In this document: piece by piece, positions 21,560-29,695 of the stretch
Numbering within the stretch: the stretch's first letter is position 1
How the letters are laid out: every line of letters begins with the position of its first letter
Assembly (NCBI GenBank): GCA_965198115.1
Contig: OZ240241.1
Span: 2,080,001 to 2,144,000, forward strand
Direction: 5' to 3'
Source: Candidatus Latescibacterota bacterium
Lineage (GTDB): Bacteria > Latescibacterota > UBA2968
Length of the DNA stretch: 64,000 bases
Made by a program: the position numbers and the translations under genes
Notes under the pieces: generated by a model
Seen by the model: only the letters and a program-made list of their open reading frames with translations
Told to the model about the DNA's origin: nothing
The model's database searches: none

Positions 21560-22561
21560 TCAAGCGATGTTCTTGAAATACTCGATCTTCCCACCCGCAG
21601 CCAGGTCTGCCACCTTGTCGATGAGGCCTTGACGGTCCTGTTGGCTCAACGCCACGAAATCGTGGGCTAGCACGATCTTCTCGCGCATCAGATCCGCGTT
21701 TTCGGCACCCGTAATCAGGACGCTTGCGGGTAGTGACCACACGAAGTGAAGGGCCTGGGCGACGCTGACGCGGCCAGGGATCACCGGGCTCTCGGTTTCC
21801 CACTGCACTCTGTCCAGCTTGATCTTCTTGGGAAAGAATCGTCCGTCTGCGAGCGTCTTCATCGCCAGCAGCGCCACATTGCGCTGTTGCAGGGTCGGCG
21901 TGATCTGTTCGATGAAGCTGTGGTAACTCGGGTCGAGCAGGTTCACGGGCATTTGGCACGTATCGAACAGATCCGTGTCCGCCGACCGCTCGAGCATTCG
22001 TCGGTGAGCCGCAGGGTTGCGGTGGCCCGTGAACCCGACGAAGCGCGCTTTGCCGGAGGCCTTAGCGCGTTCGAACACGTCCAGCACACCGCCCTCGATT
22101 CGCGCGTCTACGTCCTCAGGACTCCCGATCGCGTGGATCTGCCAGAGATCCAAATAGTCCGTCTTCAGCCGCTTGAGGGACTCGTCGAGGTGACGCTCTA
22201 CAGTCTCGGCATCTTTTCCGCCCGTTTTCGTCATAATGAAAACGTGTTCGCGGTATTTCGGTGTCAGGAATCGACCGTAGCGGTTCTCACTTTCCCCATC
22301 GGCATAGCTTTCCGCTGTGTCGAAGAAGCGCACGCCACCCGCCAGGGCTGCCTCGACCACAGCCTGTGCATCCCGCTCCGTCGTCCAACCGATGTGATAG
22401 CCGCCCACGCCGAGCATCGTGACCGACTCGCCGGTTCGACCGAGCTTTCTCTGCGGAAGCAACTCACCCAACCCGTCCCGAGCCCTGCCGCATCCCGCCG
22501 GGATCAGAACACTTGGCAGCGCGGCGAGCAGCGCTTTCAGAAAATGACGACGTTCCATCAT
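21560..22561 (-). CDS. Aldo/keto reductase with Tat/lipoprotein-like signal
   Basis: ERRHFLK...PAGC N-terminus; FFDTAESY, SLKRLKTDYLDLWQIH. Confidence 0.88.
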   Translation of the reverse strand: MMERRHFLKALLAALPSVLIPAGCGRARDGLGELLPQRKLGRTGESVTMLGVGGYHIGWTTERDAQAVVEAALAGGVRFFDTAESYADGESENRYGRFLTPKYREHVFIMTKTGGKDAETVERHLDESLKRLKTDYLDLWQIHAIGSPEDVDARIEGGVLDVFERAKASGKARFVGFTGHRNPAAHRRMLERSADTDLFDTCQMPVNLLDPSYHSFIEQITPTLQQRNVALLAMKTLADGRFFPKKIKLDRVQWETESPVIPGRVSVAQALHFVWSLPASVLITGAENADLMREKIVLAHDFVALSQQDRQGLIDKVADLAAGGKIEYFKNIA

Positions 22562-22646
22562 AACCTCCGATTCAAAAGCAGAACGGGCGACGGGGCGATC
22601 GGGCGAAGAAGCGGATCCTCAAACGTGACACTCTCCAAGGTTTTGC

Positions 22647-22715
22647 TCAGGCATCACGTCCCGCCTCCGCATACTCGATGGGAATCGTGACGATGAATGT
22701 GGAGCCGACACCTAG
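22647..22715 (-). pseudogene. 3' remnant of a histidine kinase gene
   Basis: Translates to LGVGSTFIVTIPIEYAEAGRDA* (HATPase G2-box end) and is cut exactly at the IS1380-like left end. Confidence 0.6.
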
Positions 22716-22735
22716 CCTGAATTATGCATAAAAAA

Positions 22736-24155
22736 GGCTCTATCCGGGTTTCTCAACGGTGAAACTATAGAATGACAAGGTCATAGATCGTTCCCTACGC
22801 TTGGTTGTGTGTGTAGGACAATCAAAGCGAAGGGGGTGCGACCTATGACCGGGAGCAGATTACTATCGAAACTGCTGAGATTCAAGGGGTTCCGTGTTGT
22901 CAGCTGGTGGTTTGAGGGGAGAAGCTGTTTCGTCATCGCCGTAAAGCCACATAAGAATGGTTGTTGTTGTCCGGAGTGCGGCCGTCGAGGTAAAATCGTC
23001 CGCACAATGCCCCATCCGCGTCGGTGGCGTGACATTCCGGTGTGCGGGTGGAGGGTCTGGCTTCTCTACCATCCTCGGGAGATTCGGTGTCCTACCCACG
23101 GTCGTGTGGTCGAGGAGATTCCGTGGGCGGAGCGGTTCTCTCGGGTGACGTATCGCTTCGAGTATGCCATGCTGCGCTACTGCCAGACCATGACGCAGAA
23201 GGCGGCGTCCGAGTTACTGCGCATCTCTGCCTCGACGCTGTCGGATCTCCTTCACCGATCCATCACGCGGCTTCGTGAAGGTCATCGTATCCGAGGGCTC
23301 AAAACCATCGGGATCGACGAGATCTCCTACGCCAAGCGTCACAGGTACGCCACGCTCGTTTACGATCTGGACCGCTCCTGCGTGGTGTGGGTTGGCCGCG
23401 GCAGGGCGCGTAAAACGATCGATCGGTTCTTCACAGAGGCTCTCAGTCCCTACCGGAGATCCAAGATCGAGTGGGCCTGCTGCGACATGAGCGAAGCTTA
23501 CATCGGAGCCATCCAGGAACACTGTCCGAATGCCAAGCTGGTCCTCGATCGCTTTCACATCGTCAAGGCTCTCAATGCCGCCGTTGACGAGGTCCGTAAG
23601 GACCAGTGGCGTAAAGCTGCCCCGGATGAGCGCAAAGCCATGAAGGGCCTCCGATGGCTCCTCTACCGGCACTCAGCGACACGCTCCAGAGGGGATACTC
23701 GGACACTCAAAGCACTGGAGAAGGCGAACTACCGAATCTATAGAGCCTGGAGACTCAAGGACGAGTTCGAGCAGTTCTGGGAATACAAAGCGCCCTGGGC
23801 TGCCGAACGCTTCCTGAAATGCTGGACGACGTCCGCACTCAGAAGTCGACTTGAACCCCTGCGAAAGTTCGTCAGGACCCTGCGACAGCACTTCTTCGGC
23901 GTCCTCGCATTCGTGAACACGCGTCTTACCAACGCCATCGCCGAAGGCCTCAACCGAATCGTCCAAATCGTCAAGAACCGAGCCAGCGGATTCCGCACAC
24001 TCGACGCATTCAACGATATGATCTTCCTTACCGTCGGAGACATAAACATCCCTGAGCAGATTCCGAAGAGGTTCCGCACACGCTAACCGCGCCCCCATGC
24101 CAGGAACCACGGCACCTTCACCCACTTCATCTCGTTGAGAGATCCGGATATAGCC
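22736..24155 (+). mobile_element. ISL3-family insertion sequence, complete
   Basis: 23-bp terminal inverted repeats (22736-58 and 24133-55; 20/23 match). AT-rich 8-bp flanks ATAAAAAA / ATTAAAAA (one mismatch). Confidence 0.92.
22845..24086 (+). CDS. ISL3 family transposase
   Basis: CPECG zinc finger, IGIDE, CDM, DRFHIV, TNAIAEGLN..Q.VK..A.GFR. Confidence 0.95.
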   Translation: MTGSRLLSKLLRFKGFRVVSWWFEGRSCFVIAVKPHKNGCCCPECGRRGKIVRTMPHPRRWRDIPVCGWRVWLLYHPREIRCPTHGRVVEEIPWAERFSRVTYRFEYAMLRYCQTMTQKAASELLRISASTLSDLLHRSITRLREGHRIRGLKTIGIDEISYAKRHRYATLVYDLDRSCVVWVGRGRARKTIDRFFTEALSPYRRSKIEWACCDMSEAYIGAIQEHCPNAKLVLDRFHIVKALNAAVDEVRKDQWRKAAPDERKAMKGLRWLLYRHSATRSRGDTRTLKALEKANYRIYRAWRLKDEFEQFWEYKAPWAAERFLKCWTTSALRSRLEPLRKFVRTLRQHFFGVLAFVNTRLTNAIAEGLNRIVQIVKNRASGFRTLDAFNDMIFLTVGDINIPEQIPKRFRTR

Positions 24156-24242
24156 ATTAAAAAGGTAGTCCCCTTGTACAAGTGTTTGTTTTTCCCTACA
24201 TTTAGGGCTGACACATCAAAACAACACTTGGAAGGAACTACC

Positions 24243-24733
24243 GTGATAGAACCTAGTCAGATCCGGTTACCATTCGCAAGCTTCGGGCAAGGTAGTTGAG
24301 GCTGATTTTGCCGGTGGCGCCGTCAGGAGTGACGGTGGAGTTCTGTTGCTTCGCGCCCTTGAGTCTCAGATGGGATTGATCGCCAGAATGGTAGATGCTT
24401 TGCGAGATCGTCGTCACCCAAGCTATATCGATCACACGCTTTTGGATCTTGTGAAGCAGCGTGTTTTTCAGATCGCTTGCGGCTATGAAGATGCCGTCGA
24501 TTGTGATGATTTGCGCCACGATCCGGGCGTCAAGGCTGCCTGCGATCGGCTTCCTCTTTCCGGTCCTGATCTCGGGAGCCAATCAACGATGACACGACTT
24601 GAGAATGATGTGCGACGCTCGGATTTGTATCGGCTCGCACGGGCTTTTGTAGACGGGTTCATCGCATCGTATGACCAGGCACCCCCAAGCATCATTCTCG
24701 ATATCGACGACACGGATGACCCAACGCACGGTG
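24243..24733 (+). pseudogene. IS1380-family transposase N-terminal fragment (frameshifted, truncated)
   Basis: ADFAGG...SDGG.LLLR, QRVFQIACGYED..D...LRHDP, SQSTMTRLEN, IILDIDDTDDPTHG. Confidence 0.88.
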
Positions 24734-24775
24734 CCGCCCGCGTACTCACACCATGAAGGTCAGAAAGGAATTGTA

Positions 24776-24940
24776 ATGGCGCATCTTCGAAGAATTAATC
24801 GACATAATAACACCAAGAAGAAGAATGGCAACACGCTTTCGTGCGATGACGGGTTCTACTACCCCGCCCCTGCCAAAACCCCCGATCTCAAGTCTGACGA
24901 TCAGGTCCAGGCCAAAGAAGCGAAGAAGAACGTCGCGTAA
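24776..24940 (+). CDS. Putative RiPP precursor peptide (54 aa)
   Basis: MAHLRRINRHNNTKKKNGNTLSCDDGFYYPAPAKTPDLKSDDQVQAKEAKKNVA. AGAAAGGAA RBS, stop 5 nt before the rSAM start, and an H-L-x-x-I-N leader as in SCIFF/CteA and QhpC. Confidence 0.8.
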   Translation: MAHLRRINRHNNTKKKNGNTLSCDDGFYYPAPAKTPDLKSDDQVQAKEAKKNVA

Positions 24941-24945
24941 GGGTA

Positions 24946-26354
24946 ATGCTGAAGAAGTCTGACATCCATCTGTTCGACTACGAAGGCCGCCCAATCGTAC
25001 TTCAGATCCAAACGGGCGATTTCTTCGAAGTCACTCGGCTCGTCGCTGAGATCCTCCGATCGGATGACGGTATCCGTCGCGAGGATCTCGTAGCCGACCT
25101 CTCTCCGAGCCACGGTTTCGAAGCCGTCATCGACGCGCTTTCGGAACTCGAAGCGGCGGACCTGGTCTCGTTCGGCCCAGTCTGCCCGCTCGTCGACTCG
25201 GGGGACGGTGCGGTGGTCCCTCCCACCCGCACGTCCGCCGAGACGATCACGATCACCCTCCACGTTTCGCACGCCTGTAACGTCACCTGCTCGTACTGCT
25301 TTGCACTCGGCGGCGACTATGGCGGGGAACCCAAGCTGATGGCCTGGAAACGGCGAAGCAGACTGTGGATTGGCTGATCGAGGCAACTCGAGATGCGGGT
25401 CGGTGTCAGATCGACTTCTTCGGAGGCGAGCCGCTCCTCCATCTCGGCCTCGTGAAGAAGACCGTGGCTTATGCGCGCCAGCAGGGCGCTGCGAACGGCG
25501 TTGCGGTTTCGTTCGGAATGACGACGAACGGAACCCTCCTATCGGGCGACGCACTCGAGTTCCTGATGGAAGAAGACATTGGAATCATGGTCAGCATCGA
25601 CAGCCCCAAGGAAGTCCACGACGCACAGCGCAGCTTCAATAACGGTGAGTCGACGTACGACATCGTGGCGGCGAACACGACAGAAGCTGCCCGCCGTGCG
25701 CCCGACAAGGTCTTGCTCCGGGCGACGATGACGAATAAAAACCTCGACATGATGGCCCTCGTGGACGAACTCGAGGGTTTCGAGGTCAATTCCGTTGGTG
25801 TCGGACCAGCGTGGCTTTCTCATCATCATCCTACGGCGATTCGGAAAGAGCACCTCCCCGAACTCAGGAAGCACATCCGAACGCTCGCAAACGATGAGCT
25901 GAAGCGTATCAAAGAGGGGCACAAGGCTGAAACATTCGCACCATTGATCAAGAAAGTCTTGTCGGGACAGAAGCGGGAATACGGGTGTGGTGGTGGGAAG
26001 ACCTACTTTGGCGTCGACGTCGATGGCGACATCTATTTCTGCTCGGCCTTCGGCAGCATGCCCGAATACAAAATGGGCGACGTCTGGAAGGGGCTGGACC
26101 CCACGGTGGACGCACGTTTCCGACGCGACTTCCACGTCGACAACAAGAAGACGTGCAGCCAGTGCTGGGCCCGATACCTCTGTGGCGGAGGCTGTGCCTA
26201 CGATGCCAGGGTATCAACCGGCGAACCCACCGAACCCAATCCGGTCGCTTGCGAGCGTACCCGCTACTCGCACGAACTCGCAATGGGAATGGCTCTCGAG
26301 CTGAGCGACCACGCACCGGATGCACTCGACCGCCTCCAGATCGAAAAGGTCTGA
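24946..26354 (+). CDS. RRE-containing radical SAM/SPASM peptide maturase (CteB/QhpD-like), single-base frameshift near 25347
   Basis: N-terminal IHLF...IVLQIQTGDFFEV RRE-like segment, CNVTCSYC, FFGGEPLL, TTNG, SPASM CGGG...DGDIYFC...CSQCWARYLCGGGC...C. Adding one G restores MAWETAKQTVDWL. Confidence 0.9.
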
Positions 26355-26364
26355 CGGAGATAAA

Positions 26365-27786
26365 ATGAGCAATCAAACACACACGACAAAGACCCCCTTG
26401 CCGATGGCGGAAACCCCAGAAAGTGCCCCCTCTGCGGGTCTAAATGCTTCGGCAAGGGGGCCGAAACGTCTCCCCCACGAGGGTTGGATGTTGGCTCCCC
26501 TCTATGTCGCCGAACATCATCTGTTCGAGCACAATGGTCGCACGCTTCTCTTTGGCGTCGGAACGGCCGACTTCTTCGAGATCGATGATGTCGTCGAGGA
26601 TGTGCTGAAGACAATCGAGGGCACCACACTCATCCAGCTGTTCGAGCGTCTTCGATCCTCTCACGGCGAAAAGGATCTCTACAGCGCAGTCCGCGAACTC
26701 CGTGAGGCCGAGATCGTTTCCGAAGAGCGGCTTGCCCGCCCGACGGCACCGGTCCTTCCCGGTCGTCTCGAAGTTTCGGAAATCGTCCTTGAAGTAACCA
26801 CGGATTCTCTGTCAGCACAGAGCGGGAGTCAGTATCTCCGTCCGGCGACCGGTCGAGAGGCCATCAGACTGTTGATGGAGGAGTCGGGGTGTCTCCGCAC
26901 GTGTTCCCTCACGCTCACGGGAGAGCCACTCCTCAATTCCCAGCTCACACTCGATCTGCTCGATCACGCCATCGAACGCGCCGAGCAGATCGGCAAGCGA
27001 TTGCGCCTGGCCGTCGTCACCAATCCAAGATTGGTGAACGAGCGTATTCGTATCTCGCTGAAGCGTCGTGGTGTCGATCTCGTCATCAACGACACAGCGG
27101 GTACGCTCGAAGGCGTGCACGGCTCGGGACCGGCCAGCCTGCAGAGAAGCGCGCTCACGAGTAGTCCACCCACGCATCTTCGCATCGAATCGGTGGATGA
27201 AACGCCGGTGCACCAGATTCGAGAGGCTTTAGACGAAAATCAAAACCTCGCGACGGTCGATCTCCCACCATCGACACCCGGACACCTCTGTCCTGTCTCC
27301 GAAAGAGATCTCGAAGAACTCAGCGCATTCGTCAGCCAGCACGTCATGTCCTCGAAAATGACCTGGATCGGCCCGATCGAGGACTCGGCGGCTCAAGTCT
27401 TCAACGGCCGCCGCGCCAGCTACGGCGACTCAGCTGGCATCACCAGTCTCGCTGTTGGCTGCGATGGAACGATTTACGTGTCCGAAGAAGTCATCGGAGA
27501 TTCCCGCTACCGGATGGGCCACATCCAGAGTGGGCTCGATCAGGGCCGGCGGGCTCAGTGGATTCGAGAAGCCCACGTCGATGCCCGACCCGGCTGCCAG
27601 ACCTGTTGGGCCCGACATCTCTGCGGTGGCGGGTCGACGGTGGCGGTGGGCAATTGCCCAGATCCCGACTCCGACTACTGCACGATCGTGCGTCGGTCCT
27701 ACGAACTGGCAATGGGTTTATGCGTAGACCTCGACGTGCGAAACCCCGATCTCCTCGAACAACGCTACGGACAGGGTGCTGCGTGA
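26365..27786 (+). CDS. Degenerate radical SAM/SPASM paralog with RRE, lacking CxxxCxxC
   Basis: RRE-like HHLFEHNGRTLLFGVGTADFFEID; LEVTTDSLSAQSGSQY replaces the Cys motif; GEPLL and CQTCWARHLCGGGS...C retained. Confidence 0.82.
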   Translation: MSNQTHTTKTPLPMAETPESAPSAGLNASARGPKRLPHEGWMLAPLYVAEHHLFEHNGRTLLFGVGTADFFEIDDVVEDVLKTIEGTTLIQLFERLRSSHGEKDLYSAVRELREAEIVSEERLARPTAPVLPGRLEVSEIVLEVTTDSLSAQSGSQYLRPATGREAIRLLMEESGCLRTCSLTLTGEPLLNSQLTLDLLDHAIERAEQIGKRLRLAVVTNPRLVNERIRISLKRRGVDLVINDTAGTLEGVHGSGPASLQRSALTSSPPTHLRIESVDETPVHQIREALDENQNLATVDLPPSTPGHLCPVSERDLEELSAFVSQHVMSSKMTWIGPIEDSAAQVFNGRRASYGDSAGITSLAVGCDGTIYVSEEVIGDSRYRMGHIQSGLDQGRRAQWIREAHVDARPGCQTCWARHLCGGGSTVAVGNCPDPDSDYCTIVRRSYELAMGLCVDLDVRNPDLLEQRYGQGAA

Positions 27787-28990
27787 ACATCCTCTTCTAC
27801 CAGGACACGTCGGGAGTCAGCGGGGCGGAGATATGGATCGCCGACGCCGCTCGACGTCTGCGCGAGCGAGGGCACGGGATCAGCCTGTCAGCGCCGACCG
27901 AATCCTGGATAGCTGCCCAAGACCGGCATCACGGATTCCCGCTCGTCGATTTCTTCTCCGGCGATGGATTCGACGCCCATCGGCGGTGGATCCTGGCTGA
28001 ACATCTTTCTGCAGCGAGCGTAGACATCGTGGTGTGCAGCATTCCCGGCGCAAGGATGGAGGTGCCACTCCTAGATCAAGCGATTCGGGATGCGGGACGA
28101 GGTAAAATCCTGATTCGTCTGGGTGTCGCCCCTGGCGAAGGCGCCTTTCCACCCGAACGAGTGGGCTACGGCTACGACACCGTTAGTGGGATCATTGCTG
28201 TCTCCCGCGACGTCAAGCATCATCTCGTCCGCAACTTCCCGATGCTCGACAGAGACAGAATCCACGTCGTCTACAATGGCGTCGACCTCGAGCGATTCGG
28301 TCCAGAAACCCACAGCGACGTCGAACGTGCCTCCCAGCGACGCGACCTGGACATTCCCGCCGACCACCGTGTCGTCGCGGCCGTCGGACGGCTCGATCCG
28401 ATCAAGAATCTGCCTTGCCTGATCGACGCAGCCGACATCGTCCTCGAGCGCTTCCCCGCGACCACCTTCGTCATCGCTGGCGACGGTGCAGAACGCGTCA
28501 CGCTCGAAAAATGCGGTCGTCTCCAAAGGGTTGAGTGACGCCTTTTCGCTTTCCCGGTTTCGTCAAAGATGTCCCTGGACTGTTGTCCATCGTCGACATC
28601 GTCGTGCATCCCTCCCTGTCGGAGGGCGTACCCAACACGCTTTTGGAAGCAATGGCTGCCCAGAAGGCCGTGGTGGCATCCGAGGTCGGTGGAATTTCGG
28701 AGGTCGTCGACAATCCTGAAGTCGGCGTGCTCGTTCCCCCCGCCAGTCCATCGGCTCTGGCCGAGACACTCACATCCCTCGTCGGCAGCGAGGATCGACG
28801 CGCAGGACTGGGCTCGAGGGCCCGAGCGCACGTTCTATCTCACTTTGACCGAGCCACCAACATCAGACAGATCGAAGACCTGTTCGACCAGGTTCTACGA
28901 TCGGCAACACCGCTCGCACCGGCGTCCGAACAGCAGCTATACGATCCACCCTACGCGTTTACTGCGCGTGACCATCTGTTGCGTGCATAG
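27783..28990 (+). CDS. GT4 (GT-B) glycosyltransferase, with two +1 homopolymer slips near 28510 and 28545
   Basis: SGAE, VVYNGVD, VGRLDPIKN, IAGDG, PSLSEG.PN.LLEAMA, VGG..EVV; GTG start overlaps the upstream TGA. Confidence 0.88.
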
Positions 28991-29123
28991 TCTGCCGGCG
29001 GCCGTCGGGTGGGCCGCCGGTGGACCATAGATTGGGAACCCCACAAAAGCTTCAGACGTGCAAAGAGTCGGGCAATCTTCTTCTGGGAGGATGCCCGTTT
29101 GTTTTTGACTAAACAGGCCTTCA

Positions 29124-29513
29124 ATGCCGAAGATTCTCCTCATCGACGACGAACCTGACGTGCGACACGTCACGCGGGAGTGCCTGTCAACCAAGGGCTT
29201 CGAGGTCGATATCCCGGCCGTCGAAGACTCGGCCATATCCCGCTCGACCGTTCAAGCGGCCACGACGGACGGATACGATCTGATCATTCTCGATCTCCGA
29301 CTCCCACACCTGGACCCGTTCGATCTGATTCGATCCGTAAACGAATCAGAGGGTCCGCCGATCATGGTTCTGGCCGGTTTTCTGTCGCTGGAGCTCGAGA
29401 GCAGCCTGCGAGCAGCCGGAGTCCATTCGTTCACGACCAAACCGTTTACATTTTCGGATCTCCTGTCCTCGGTCGAAGAGTGCATGGCATCATCGGTGGC
29501 CGTCCGTATTTGA
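29124..29513 (+). CDS. Single-domain response regulator
   Basis: ILLIDDE, DLIILDLRLP, KPF. Confidence 0.88.
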   Translation: MPKILLIDDEPDVRHVTRECLSTKGFEVDIPAVEDSAISRSTVQAATTDGYDLIILDLRLPHLDPFDLIRSVNESEGPPIMVLAGFLSLELESSLRAAGVHSFTTKPFTFSDLLSSVEECMASSVAVRI

Positions 29514-29544
29514 AACCGGGAAAAAGATCACTCACAAAATACAG

Positions 29545-29579
29545 GAGGGGATCGCGAAGCACGCGATCCCCTCTTTCTT
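29545..29579 (+). terminator. Intrinsic terminator
   Basis: 12-bp stem gaggggatcgcg/cgcgatcccctc followed by tttctt. Confidence 0.75.
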
Positions 29580-29614
29580 GTGCAATAGGGCGAAGCCGTC
29601 TCGGCCGCCAACCG

Positions 29615-29695
29615 CCTGCCCTGAGCTGTGCCCTGAGTAAGCGACCGAAGGTCGCTGTACCGAAGAGTAGCCTGCGAAGCAGGCTTATTGAAGGG
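29615..29695. repeat. Nested REP-like elements (CTGAG...GAAG type)
   Basis: cctgccctgagc...ttgaaggg encloses gccctgagtaagcgaccgaaggtcgct and the hairpin agcctgcgaagcaggct. Confidence 0.45.

Larger units (their letters stand above)
22716..24733 (+). mobile_element. Truncated IS1380-family element whose left end is interrupted by ISL3
   Basis: Left end CCTGAATTATGCAT at 22716. After the ISL3 comes a long hairpin (24164-24242) and a transposase fragment ending at DDTDDPTHG; no right end is visible. Confidence 0.7.

Noticed and set aside
25340-25380. Programmed frameshift or naturally split rSAM
   Set aside because: One missing G in a GGG run restores a normal sequence, no slippery heptamer is present, and similar homopolymer slips occur elsewhere.
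24946-26354. rSAM-SPASM as anaerobic sulfatase-maturating enzyme for the four nearby sulfatases
   Set aside because: It has a roughly 100-aa RRE-like N-terminal extension that anSME lacks, and it directly follows a peptide with a CteA/QhpC-like leader. It is not adjacent to any sulfatase.
24776-27786. Ordinary SCIFF, quinohemoprotein amine dehydrogenase, PQQ or mycofactocin locus
   Set aside because: The peptide has one Cys, no Trp, no ExxxY and no C-terminal VY, and no QhpA/B, Pqq or Mft partner genes are visible.
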